A stretch of DNA of 64,000 nucleotides, from contig NW_003526940.1 of the NCBI RefSeq assembly GCF_000181795.1, positions 1,530,571 to 1,594,570 of the forward strand, in the 5' to 3' direction. The notes under the pieces were generated by a model. It did not search any database and was not told the origin of the DNA. It saw only the letters and a list, made by a program, of their open reading frames with translations. Source of the stretch: Trichinella spiralis. Its lineage: Eukaryota. Every line of letters begins with the position of its first letter. Position 1 is the first letter of the stretch. Both the position numbers and the translations under genes were made by a program. Below are positions 16,401 to 28,679 of the stretch, in pieces.

Positions 16401-17602
16401 CACGGCGTTGGGCAAGGATCCTTACGCCGGCAGCTTCCCTGTGAGCGAAGCCTTGATGCCCATACTCAAGGAGAAGTTCCCTCCTGAGTTGCAGAGGGCA
16501 TGGAATCTTAACGTGGATTCAAAGTCAGAAACCTACGACAACTTGAGAAAATTCCTGGATTTCGCTCAACGGGTGGCAGACACACTCGCTGAAGAAAGAC
16601 TCCGAGAACCCGAGTTAAGGAGGCAAGACAGGACAACCCGTCCGAAGCGAAGCAGCAGAAGACGCACTACGTCGTCTGCGGCCGCGCTCCCACCCACTAC
16701 TCGCTGTCCCTTTTGCCAAGGTGGGCATGAGGCGGCTGCCTGTGAAGAGTTCCTCACGGCAGACCTCTCCACAAGAATGACAATGGTACGTAAAAAGGGC
16801 GTCTGTTTCAATTGCTTGCAGAGCGGCCACCGGGCACAGACTTGTCGCAATAGACGACGATGTGCAGTGGTTGGGTGTGGACGGGCCCATCACGAGCTCT
16901 TGCATTGAAGGAAGCCGACCGAGCAGCTCGGTTACATGAACCAGGCAACTTGCACGGCTGCATATCCGCCAATGGAGGCACGCAAGGGGTACGCCTTCAA
17001 GCTCTGCGTGCGCGCGCATACGTTGTCAACTACCGTTTGCATCTGTAAAATCTATTTTTTTTATTTATCATTGTATAATGCACAATAAAGCGCTTGTTTG
17101 TGAACGCGAGTGATCTTCATTGGGTAGCCATTATGGCATTTGTCGGCCCGGAAGAAGAACACACAGTCCACTTCTCAACTGACAAGAGATTTGTCAGCCC
17201 ACAGAACCTGAGTATCAGTATCGACACAGGCCGATTTGTCAGTACAGATTGCAATAAATTATTCCATCACAAAGTAGCAAAAATGGTTCAGTTACAATAC
17301 ATGAAATTAGATAAGTGACAACTTCGTTGTAATCAAAATATATTTCAAAATACTTTTGTTTAAATAAGAAAAGTTATATTGGAAATTATGAAAATTGGGC
17401 AGAAACAATTTCTGATTTATTACCTTTTTGGAACTTGAATTAATTCCCACTTACTGTGGCAGCCAACAGACAATGACTTTCCGTATTTGAAACAATTGTT
17501 CAACAGTGTGCTGAATTTTGGGAATTTTATGATAATCAGGCCTGGAAAAAGAACAATTGCCGTGCAAACGAGCCAGAATGCTTCAATCCAACTAATTAAC
17601 AT
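13429..17602 (-). CDS. SRD5A3: Polyprenol reductase / steroid 5-alpha-reductase 3 family
   Basis: Exon 1 MLISWIEAFW...FKYGKS...QVPK splices across a ~3 kb intron to RWFTHFYI; then RRFYESAFISVYSDSKM and C-terminal THDWYRHKYSQYPKHRTALIPILI*. Confidence 0.9.
15631..15648 (+). promoter_or_regulatory. Primer-binding site (tRNA-Tyr-like) of the BEL/Pao element
   Basis: TGGTCCTCTGAGCCAGAT lies 5 nt after the LTR end, begins TGG (complement of tRNA CCA) and resembles the remembered tRNA-Tyr PBS TGGTCCTTCGAGCCGGAT. Confidence 0.7.
15688..16908 (+). CDS. BEL/Pao Gag (DUF1759-type capsid plus three zinc-knuckle motifs)
   Basis: Intronless GC-rich 406-aa ORF with LPELVPPQFSGEVMEFPNFWAQFEAIIH..KFVYLLS..NY..AVEILKSRF, and knuckles CPFCQGGHEAAAC, CFNCLQSGHRAQTC, CAVVGCGRAHHELLH. 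Confidence 0.9.
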   Translation: MASAARPISKKLAANKYRLSRLLEELDELCIDPVDVNEIEEQIAMTEPLYVETEALQTEWEKTLKDEEMRSASEDWSKCQKRFRQLKARAHVLVQQAQRERLTDSDSSNPGRVAVQAENWNLPELVPPQFSGEVMEFPNFWAQFEAIIHSRSDLDAATKFVYLLSYVEGKARSAIDGIPITAANYTHAVEILKSRFDRPEMLVREHIKALWKATPCSKMTKQGIHSLVDEIRNHLICLTALGKDPYAGSFPVSEALMPILKEKFPPELQRAWNLNVDSKSETYDNLRKFLDFAQRVADTLAEERLREPELRRQDRTTRPKRSSRRRTTSSAAALPPTTRCPFCQGGHEAAACEEFLTADLSTRMTMVRKKGVCFNCLQSGHRAQTCRNRRRCAVVGCGRAHHELLH

Positions 17603-18013
17603 TGAATCGTGATGCAAAGGAAGAAACTAATTCACTGAATTGATAATTAATTGCAAAAATAACCATCTAAGAAAGCTTTTTGTAGCGATTTTCAAGAACA
17701 ATTAATTTTGCTTTTTGGAAATAAAAAATTTTAATGAAAAATAAATATGATTCTGACAATTCATTTTTTGAACAATTCATATTCTACAGATTATAATAAG
17801 ATACGGTATATTACAAAAATAAAAATTTAAAATCAAGTTGTAAAGTGAAATTGCAACCTGACTTTCTAATAATAAATAGTCATTTATGAGTTTATTAATA
17901 TTTATTTATTATTAAATAAATTTTCTCGGTAATGTTTCTTATAATTCGTATGTTGATAAACAGTAAAACCTGCAAGTTTTTTATTTACTGTAGATGGAAA
18001 GATTTTTTAGCCA

Positions 18014-19158
18014 ATGAAGTATTTAGATTTAATTATTTTTTTATTATTGTTTTTTATGCGTATTACAAATGCAGCTAACAAATTTGAAAAATTTAATTTT
18101 TGTGATTTTGAATCATTCAATGAAGATGCTCTACCTGATTCGCCACTGATTCCGTGCAATTTTTTGTAAGCAACATATCAGTCGTATGTAATTGAATAAT
18201 ATCTGCAGTTTTTGTAGATTTTATTTTAATGACTATTTATGAATATGGGCGTAAGGAATATTTAAAATAATGTTTTGCTTAGTTTATGACTTTTAAAATT
18301 TTCTTGTTCCACTTGGTTGCTCTTTTGTGATTTTATAACATTTTCATATACTGTTTTATTTATTTTATAATTATATCTTTTATTTAATTTTTTGAAAATC
18401 TGTTTTTCTAAAACACGTCTGATGCAATGATGCTAAAGTACAATTATTTTTATTTGTGTTAGTTTTGGCTATAATGAAGAATTGTGTATTCTATATGTTG
18501 AAAATATTAGAATTTTTTTTCTTAAATATATGTTTTTGTAATGTATTTAATAAAGTTTTGTTTTTTATTCAGTTAATTCTAGGTTTGGTGATCTTATTGT
18601 TTTTCACATTTTTCTTTATTATCAATTTAGACCGGAAGAATTCATCGTCTGCGATCCTCCACTTGATTTGGCTGGAAATGAAACGGCAAAAGAAATTCTC
18701 GGTTATGGATGTTTAAAAGTGAGATATTTTATTCAATTAGACATTAATGAAATGTTCATATTCATAGTTCGGAGGAGTCAATTCTCAGGACGTAGAGTTA
18801 ACAGCGTTGAAATGTCAAGCATTACCATGCATTGAATGCCAAGGTCCCAGAACTTTTCTTCGACAAGGTTTCCCTTGTTTACGGTAATGATTATTCAAAT
18901 TTTTAACACGAAGAAAGAAAATAGCTCTATGTTTAATATTACAGCTACAATGGTCACTATTTTTTGAGTGCTTTGCTGTATTCTATTTTTCTGGGCTTTT
19001 TTGCAGTCGATCGATTTTATCTCGGCTATGCTGGAATAGGAGTTGGAAAATTGATGACTTTAGGTGGACTTGGAGTTTGGTGGTTGGTGGATATTGGTCT
19101 TCTAATTTCAGGTCTTTATCTTCCAGAAGATGGATCTAGTTGGATGCCGTATTACTAA
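18014..19158 (+). CDS. TM2D2: TM2 domain-containing protein (TM2D2-like)
   Basis: Signal peptide [47 protein letters not shown]...[63 protein letters not shown]. Confidence 0.9.
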
Positions 19159-19404
19159 AATGCTATTTAGAAAATGGTCTCTGTAAAATAATTGAAATAT
19201 CAATACTGCATGTCTGTTGTAATATCTTTTATTATTTGCAGTAAAGTATTTGATATTGCCAGTAATTTCTTTTTGTTTTCGTATGAGCGTCATATTATAT
19301 TTTTATCCTGTGATAACCTGTGATTTCAAAATATTAAATGAATTTGAAACAGAAGATGTACAAAGTGCTGCGACTGTCGACAAAGCGACTTTTCCACCGA
19401 AATT

Positions 19405-20023
19405 ATGATGTATACCAAATTCGCAGATATAGCATTATTGGTAGCGTAATTATTGCACTTTAAATTTCTTTTATTTTAAATTTCGCGATGAAATAGAAGC
19501 TGTGAATGTTTTTGATTTTTAAATGTTGCAGAAAATGAACAATTACGAAGAAAATTAAAGAATGGGATATTCAATCAGTCGATGCACAGAATGCAAGTTA
19601 AACGTTTGCTTCAAACCACCACATCAGTGTTGGCTGTGGCTGAATCTGAATGCAATTCACCGATTGGTATTATTATTTTTGATTTGACTGTTTTGTAAAA
19701 TTTAATTTTCATTTATTATTGTGTAATGCACAATAATCTAATGATCAGCAATCTGCTTGATGACGTTAGACTGTTGTTGTTAACATTTTCAGAAAAGCAT
19801 GAATTTCGCGCGGAAACTCGAATGTTACTTGACGTGGTGGCAAACTCTTTATATTCACACAAAGAAGTAAGCATTTTGTTTGTTTATTATTTCTTGTCCA
19901 TAATTTGATGATGTTCAGGTATTTGTGCGTGAGTTGATATCGAATGCAAGTGATGCGTTGGAAAAATTGCGGGCTTTGCAAGCGACCAATGCCACCGATA
20001 TCCAAACAGTGGATGAGCTGAAA
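19405..20023 (+). CDS. TRAP1: Mitochondrial HSP90 (TRAP1/HSP75), 3'-truncated by assembly gap
   Basis: EKHEFRAETRMLLDVVANSLYSHKE|VFVRELISNASDALEKLR, the HSP90 N-terminal signature in its TRAP1-type form; the sequence then runs into Ns at 20024. Start codon tentative. Confidence 0.85.
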
Positions 20024-20033
20024 NNNNNNNNNN
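20024..20033. other. Assembly gap (10 N placeholder)
   Basis: Run of N; genes on both sides are truncated at it. Confidence 0.99.
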
Positions 20034-20247
20034 CACCACCACCACCACCGCTACCGCCACCTCCTCCTCTTCCTTCAATTCTTCCAATTCCTACACCAAG
20101 TCCTCCAACTGCGGTTCTGATGGAAAATCCACCACTAGGTGTCTGTGAATGCTGCGCGTTTACAGAACAAAAGTTGCTCACGTTCGCCGGTACTTCTTGA
20201 CACCCGTTCGGTTTAGGACTGATTTTCATTACTCCGCATGATGGCGT
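20034..20247 (-). CDS. Gly-rich exon of an unidentified gene continuing into the gap
   Basis: Acceptor ttttgcAG at ~20248 is followed by an open frame TPSCGVMKISPKPNGCQEV...GGLGVGIGRIEGRGGGGGSGGGGG into the Ns. The 20.3-25.7 kb stretch looks intronic or upstream on the minus strand. Confidence 0.5.
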
Positions 20248-23200
20248 CTGCAAAATATATACATATATATATATATACAACATTTAGAAATTCAACTTCG
20301 GTTTAAAAAAAATTTCTCCAATAAATATGTCTTTCACAACGAAGCATATGTTAAAAATACCCATCTGGAAAAGAAATCAGCAAAAAATCTGCGCCGCTTC
20401 TTTTTGGGATTTTTACAAATGCACAATTGTCTCTGTCCATCTGTCTACCCGCAACCAAGCAACAGAACAAATGCTTCGTTTATTACAAACAGCCTTTGCA
20501 TCATCTACATGTGGACATGTAGGACTGACTGATTGATTTTGCAAGACAAGACAATAAAATTCGGCAGACGAGAAATTACACTAACGATTATATATATGTG
20601 TGAAGAACATTATTTGAGAATTCTGGCAATATTATAATACCCAGTTGACACAACTGTTGAAATGCATCTCGAATTAAGAGAGGTGGAAAAAAATTTTATT
20701 TTTTTTTAAACTAATAATTTTTAAAAAATCTCGATACAAACAACGCAAAGATTCCACCTGACCGATGTGCATAGCAAGCAACTAACCAAAATTTGTTTCC
20801 ACAACACACAGCTCAGCTCTTTTCAAAAGTATATAAATTTTCAAATTTCCCACACACACACACACACATGAAACAGCAGAGAAAACAAAAATCCTCTTAA
20901 CATTATTCACTACATATGTCACAAATAAATCTCAATTTCACGCCAAAATCAATTGGCATAAATTTTTAAAACGTTTCGAAAACAATTTTACAATCCAACC
21001 TCAACCCATCCACATAATAATCTCGCTTGTTTTTCTTTCTTTTTTTGATTATGTGCAATTTTTATTGTCAACTAATTTTAAATTGAACAAATGTGCTTCT
21101 TCTTATTTTATGCGTTGCTTGAAGCGGCAGCTGTTGAATAAAAATGGAATACAGATATAGCTTGGCGTTGAATTCATTTATCAAAAACGACAATCAGCAA
21201 ATTTCAAGTGCAACATTCATCATTTGCCAAGAATTTTAAGATGAGACATTTCTTCAAGTATTGAGATACAATTCAACAATCAAATACCTTCCAGAAATTA
21301 TAAATTCAATTCTCAAAACAGCAAAAAAAAATAATTTCAAATCACTTTCAAAAATTCAACCACTTATTGATTAATTTATACGCCAAACAATTGCCATCCA
21401 ATCAAATACAATTGTTTTTAAAAATAACAACGTACACAATTTTTTGTTCAACATTTCAAATGCCCATTCTGGTAATTAAAGTGCAACAATTTGAAAATTA
21501 AAAGAAGTATGAATGGGTCAATATTTCAACTTTTCCCACAAACAAATTCTCAATGAATAATAAATGTCAAGTGAAACATTTCACTTCATTCTACTACTTA
21601 ACTACTACTGCTGCTGATCATAATTGTTAGTTAGCATTATTATTCTTTTTTTTTCGGAAAATTAAATTTCTTCAAATATTCAATTTAAGCAACACATAAA
21701 TATACCCAGAATTATTGGAATTACGAGCTTGTTGAAAATATGTACTTCAAATACATTCAAAAACAATATTAAAGTATTGTTTTAAAGCAGCAGCAAGTAC
21801 AATATTTAAATTGACACTAAAACATGCAACAATAAACCGTTTCAATTATTAATCATATTTGTTATCTGTGGAAGAAGAATTGCAAGAAATATTTCAGAAA
21901 ACGCCAATCTAGGCGTGTCCGCATTTTCCTGATCAGCGCGCGCCTGTTCCAGTTTAGTGTTCAATAGAAACGCGTTATAAATAAATAAATAAATATATAT
22001 ATATTGATAATAACCACGATTTCTGGTCTTCAAAATTAAAAGCAATTTGTCAGAAAATTAAAAAAAATCCATTATTCTTCTCAATTGAAAATAATATTAA
22101 TAAAAATTATCATTCAAAATGGGTAAGCAACAAAACAACGACAACAACAAAATTACATTACACAAACCAACTTCGATCAGCTCTAATGAGGCGTTGAAAA
22201 GATAAGTGGAAATGGCCAAGATCGACAAACTGAATGCATAAAAAGAAGTTCCTCCACGTAGACACAAGCGGCGAGCCCGTTGATGTACCAAAACCGGTTC
22301 AAACTTAATGCCATTCTTCTCACAACAATAACAACAACGGTCGTTGTTATCTCTTCAACACTGTTTGCACAAGAACAAAAAAAAACCAAAACAATCATTA
22401 AATATTTTGTACTTAATTTTTTTTTATATTCTTTACAGTACATATATATATTATGAATGAACAATTGCTTCTTTTTTTAAAAAAAATTCCTCAAGTCATA
22501 TCATTAGCACCACAATGCTCATTTCGTAACAATACACTTCAATTTTCACTTTCCAACTGTTGAAAACCAAAAATTAAACAAACTGTCGGTTCAAAATTAC
22601 ACAACATTCTCAAAAACAGCAATACATATGGTCAAAATTAATAATAGTAGAAAAAACAGCTGATCATGCATCGTACATATGTACGGTATAATGCTTACGA
22701 AATATGAGAAAAAGTTGTATTTTCACGCATTTTAACAATTAATCAAATCTGCTAATCGGAGTTGCAATGTTGAAAAGAGTCACACACACACACACAAACA
22801 CACTGCACTTTCTCTCATTATTCATCCAAATGCAACAATTCTGAAGTTGAACATATTTCGCCTTCCGGCCTCAAACCAGGCATCAAAATAATACATGCAT
22901 TTAAAAAATATAATTTACAAAAAAAAATAAAAAGCCTCATTTTAAAACTGAGTGAATCACAATCAATCACAGGGCTGACCGATTGTTTTCCCATAACAAC
23001 AGTTCAAGATGCAAATGCACATGCAACAAGTGATTTGCTTTTCTTAAAATGATGAAAATCAAGAAAATGTCAACATTTTTCACAACAAACTGCAGAAGAA
23101 AACAAATTTTAACAATAATGACATTAATAAGTACCCAAAAAATATCAGCAACCCTTTTTTTATCAAAATAATAACCTACAATGTGTGGTATTATTTTTAA

Positions 23201-23385
23201 ATATTAAACAGATATCAGATAAACTGGATAAATTGAAGAAAAATGTGACGAAAATGAAATTTCTGTATAAAAAAAGTTCGACACCAACGGCTCGACAGCT
23301 GCTCATTTACGTTTCCCATTCCTTGTGAGAAAGCTGAAAGGTGCAAATGAATGCAAATGTCGCCAATTTGTACATTTTCACAAAT

Positions 23386-23395
23386 ACACACACAC

Positions 23396-23432
<37 letters not shown>
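23386..23432. repeat. (CA)n microsatellite
   Basis: Directly visible. Confidence 0.95.
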
Positions 23433-23434
<2 letters not shown>

Positions 23435-26400
23435 TGCAATGAAATATCTTGCATCTTTTGGTTTAACCAAAAAATATAAAGTTGCATTTGCACGATGAAT
23501 AAAAAAGTGAACTAGTTGATATCGCAACAATTTTTCTGCACATTTTTCCCATCCAAAAATGCCATGCAACATTTGCAAACTTTTCTTATAGAACATTTTC
23601 TAGCCAAATCACACAAAACGTTGAAGAAAATTTGTATCCATAATACTTATATTCAATAAACAAATTCAAAATCCAACACAAAAAAAGGAGAAAATTAATA
23701 TGAACCAAATAAATAAATTTCTTTTGAAAGTTAAATTACATTCTTGCTTGACCCCAAATTACATTCGTCACTAAGAGCATAGAATATTACAAAAAACATC
23801 CCATTTGTATACATGATCCTAAAATAACACATGACAAGGATAAATGAAAAATGAACTTACATTAATAAGAATATGACCGAAACAAAAGTGATATTTGTAA
23901 TTTGATGATGACCTATTTATTTCATGGGAAAAGTGATCAAATCAAAATATTTCTCGGATCAAATGTTGCTTCTTGAAATGCATGAATAAAAATATATTTC
24001 TATGGTGCCAAACGGTGGCAGTGGTGGTGGTGGTAAGCAAGCAACGCGAAATTTGTCGCAATTCAAAACTTCCTAAGAGTGTTCAAAGGCCAATAAAATC
24101 AAAATCAAAAAGTCAATAATAATAAAATGAAAAGCATATACGCCAAAAAGCGTAGTGATCAAGCGAACTTAGGAAAAAGAGTCCAACTGCCAACCACTAG
24201 AAGACAGCTGTTTTATTCAACTGGATCGCGTAAATTTGAGGTACCAAACGCAGCTTGGAGAGAAGCATAAAAAAATTTTTCCCCAACAGCTATAATATAC
24301 GCAGATGCTGCTGTTGCTGCTGCTGATGATGATGATAATCCTGATAAACGATCGAACGAAAACTTCACTGCAACAATCGCCTGTATATGCTCGTTGAAAT
24401 AACAATTGAAATGGAAAATTTGTGCAAATGGGCATTTTCTCTTTTGCAAATTACAAAATAAACACGCAAAACACTGCTACACCGTAGAGAAGAACATTCA
24501 AAGAAATAAACTTTCTTTTTTTTGACATCAACAACCTGTGACATGCATCTATTATGCATACAATTGAAAAGCTGAGCAAAATCAATTTTATCAACTGTTC
24601 TAAAAATAAACCAAACACCAACAGAAATCTAATACAAACTTTAATAATAAGGGAAAAAAAGGAATCACTGATACTTGTTCTAATTATTATCAATTTGTTT
24701 GAACAAATCAAAATTAATTAACATCACATTCAATATTAAAAAACAAACAAACAAAGTAACTGAATGAACAGATTGCACAATAAGACATATTATTAGAATC
24801 AATTTTAAATTGCAAAGTCTTAATTAATTGCATTATTGTCTGATAGCAACAATAATGAATAAAAAGTAACTTACTGATTATCATCAATGTTCCACTGACC
24901 ATAGCGAATGTTTTTGGATGAACTAAAGCAACAAATCAATTAATTTACATAACACATATTATAAATGATACTTAAAAATAATAAATGAGCTTCAAAAAAA
25001 AAGTATTTAAAAGTTGCTCGACGAAAAGTAACCAAAATCTACAACAAATCATATCCAAACATAAAATAAGGACAATTGGATTTACGATATTTATTGATCT
25101 ACAAGTTCACACAGTAATTCATTGTTTTGTAACCCAACCGATGCATGGCAGCGTGAACAGGTAGAAATATGAGCAAATATTTGCATTTTAATAATTGAAA
25201 ATTGTTTCTAAACGACAATCAAACCGACTATTAAACTTTTCAAATTAAGCTACACTTGAAACTCTATAAACAATTCGCTTTTGTTATCATGACAATTTTA
25301 AAACAACTGAAAACAGTCACGCATATACAAATAATTACAGTTTTCTGTAAGGATTGAACTGTATGCTTAACACAGTGAAATTTGTGTACATTTTACAATG
25401 ATGATGGCAGGCAGTTTTCAAATGTTGAAATGACGATTACAAAACATCATCACTTAATAATAACATATAAATTGTCTACAATATACAAATATAAATAAAT
25501 TAACAAAACTTGTTTACAATTAGCAAATGATCACATAAAGTATTTTCAAAATTACTCTGCAACATGAAGATTAACAGAACTCTCCTAATTAAAAGCAGGC
25601 CATAAAACAAACATCTATCATACAGACCCTGCAGTTCACCTACTAAAACTTTCCATGACAGCAGTATTTTCAATTTTTTAAGAATTCAAAAATACTGTCA
25701 AATTATCAAATAAAACCCAAAAACTATGCTTATTACTGATACAACATTTGATCAAATAAAACCAATACAAAATCAAACGAAAGATAAATAGTAAGTTTAG
25801 GAAAAATAATTAACTTATGATATTCTTTTCATTACGAATAACGAATACTCTAATTTTAAATTTAAATTTACATGTAATACTGAAGAGTACTACTGATATG
25901 GGGGTAGACAAAAGATTCGATAAAATAACATACTTTACTTCAATTGAATTGCGTATATTGATTCCAATGATTATAGTGATAGCAATTAGCGACCTGTGCA
26001 ACAAAGTAATCAATTCATAACTGGCGGACTCATACTGTATTCTGTTACTGTATAAAATGTTACGTCCCAAATTTATGAAATGTTTTTCATAGTTACGATA
26101 TCTTATTTCAAAATGTAAATGTTTTAAAACTTGGCCATTATTTATGCTGAACAAATTTCTTTTTGATACATTAAAAAAATTTTGTTAGAAATCAAGGAGA
26201 ATTTCAATAAAAGACAGTGTTTCTTACGCGTCTTTTATTGGTTTGAGATTTTCATTGGTTTTAATCGTTTATTGGCTTAAATACGTTTCAGCATGATTCG
26301 ATCCCATGCTAAGGATTTTTATTGGCATCCAAATGTCGGAATTGCATTAGCTCATAATTTTTAGTATTTCATTAGCTACTAATTGTTAATTGCAAATGAC

Positions 26401-28679
26401 TGTAATATCAGAGGTTCCATTGATCAAAATGTTTCTATTACAGTTTGCATTATTTTCACATGTAGCTTTTAATAATTTGAAATTTTCATTAAAATTAATT
26501 ATTTTACATTATTTTACGAACTTTTTTTTCATGAGAATATTCAATTTTAATTTTTTTGAAAACTTAACAGCAGCTTATGTTACCAGCTACAATATTTTAA
26601 ACTGTTAATAAATATTTTACTTTTTTTGAGAAATCTTATCTAAATACCATTCAATCTAATCTTCTAAACTCCCCTTGGTACAAATAATATCGTTACAAAG
26701 CAACGCTGACCTAATGTAATTTGAAGCTGATATTTCTTGCAAATTCTGAACAATGGAACAACTGTCAATCGGTTAAAAGGTCAGTGTCCGTGTCATATAG
26801 ATGCCACAGCTATAATTGTCAGCTGTGATCCCCACATCATGATGAGCTGGCAATAACGCGTCGACTGGCGCCAACACCAGACGCATGGATGGACAACTGC
26901 CAAAACTGATGGTAATCAATTGGGCTGATCCGGTAGGTCTGATTCATCATACTCAAAATGGATCAAATCCCCAGCTATAAATATGAGCAGAAATTCTGCA
27001 AATCTGAGAACGCTCGAACTATTACTCTCCGTCAATTGCAAAATAAATTTAAACATTCTGCTTTGTTGATCGATACCCGCTCGAATAATATATATGGTTG
27101 AAAAAAAATCAATACAGCCCACTTACAAAGTTAGATTTTCAAGTTCAACATAACTATTTTCCAACATACTATATTTTGTTGAGCATAACAGTACAGGGCT
27201 GATTGTAATAAACAGGGTTGGCTCTTCTTTGGTTGGTTAAACTTTGAATTCAACTGTAATGCATATATTGAGATTGCAAAGCGTGTTGACGATGAATATT
27301 CTGCAGTAAACTGATATTCAAACATTGAAAAGTAAACTCTGTATAACTAAGATTTATTATAAATTAACTCCAAGCTATTAATTCTCTGTTGACATTGGCC
27401 ACTCATCGCTTTAACGGAATAACTGCAACCTTAGACAAACTGATATTTGTTTTTTATTTCTTTGTATTAATATCATATTTAGCTCCAGAACTGCACGTGA
27501 TAAATTATCTCAACTTTTTAATAACTAAAAAGTTGCAGGTTTTTAACTACAGCAGATGATATAGCTGTTCTTTTGTTTACCAATTGAACATTTGTACATT
27601 TACAATTGTTGTCTTTCCCAACAACTGAATGCAAAACAAAATAATATTACCTTTGAAAATTTAAAACAGTTTTTTTACGTTTTTCAGTCAAATCAAAATT
27701 TATGTAGAATACTTCAATGAAATTTTTGCTTAGAAAAAGCGAAACTTCATACTTTTTGCTTAATATCGTCATTTTCAGAAAAACCTGAGTAAATTATCAT
27801 CACAAAGTTCACAAAAAAATTTCCATTTTAATAACTGAAAATAAAAATTTGATGAGAAATTTACGTCTTGTTGTAAAGCATCTTACAGTCACCAGGTGAC
27901 ATTTCTCAAATTATAAAAAGAATTATGAAAAAGTGTAATATTATACAGAACATGTTTTAAGATATTGGAAATTTAGAAAATTTTTTCAAATCTTGCTCTG
28001 CACTTGTGATGAAACTGTCACTTCATATCTCAAATGTCACCTGCTTTCTTGCCTTTTCTAATTGCATAGTCCAAAGTAGTCAGCTCATTCCTGAAATTTC
28101 ATCAAAATAATCATATCCCTTTACTTTTGTGGAATGCACAACTATGATGCATCTGATGCAAAAATAAAAAAAAAGAAAAGAAAAAATTATCCTTGTTAAT
28201 AATATCAAAGGCAATACAATAATATAAATTTGAAATTTAAGGCATCGCAATGCTGTGATAGAAAATGCTTTTGTAATTTGCATTTATTGAATGAAAATCA
28301 TTTAATTTATAATCAGTGATGGTCGCATGCGAAAAGTAATTCTTTTGGTTGTATTTTATTCAATGTTCATTAGCAAAACTTTCGATTATTATCAACTATA
28401 AATAACCAATTTTGAGTTGAAGAGTTTATTTTGAATTTAAACATCTAACAGACAGGTAAAATCATTCATTTTATTAGTTTAATAATGAAAATTGGAAAGC
28501 AACAATGAAAATATTTTCTGACGAACTTTAGAAGAATTAATTTTTCATTTACTTGGATATTTTATAATTAGAATTTTAACGTAAATAATAATTAATTAAT
28601 AATTTTATGCGCTGCAAAGTCACGCAAATAAAGCTCTGTCACCAGCTCCCATAATTTTATTCTTTATTTTTAAAGCAAA

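Larger units (their letters stand above)
14789..17246 (+). mobile_element. Internally deleted BEL/Pao LTR retrotransposon in SRD5A3 intron 1, antisense to the host gene
   Basis: Starts TGT (14789) and ends ACA (17246), flanked by the 5-bp direct repeat GATTG (14784-14788, 17247-17251). 5' LTR ~14789-15625; PBS-like site at 15631; gag ORF; 3' LTR remnant 17090-17246 homologous to 15474-15625; no pol. Confidence 0.9.

Noticed and set aside
19925..20200. Apparent HSP90-polyproline fusion ORF
   Set aside because: Spans the N gap; the Pro run is the antisense of a Gly-rich exon of another gene.
25656..25701. AT-rich hairpin containing AATACTGTCA (miR-236/miR-8-like seed)
   Set aside because: The rest does not match the known mature sequence, and such hairpins arise readily in AT-rich DNA.
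20300..28400. Many 60-115 aa ORFs on both strands
   Set aside because: Low-complexity F/I/L/K-rich translations of AT-rich non-coding DNA, with no motifs or consistent splice structure.
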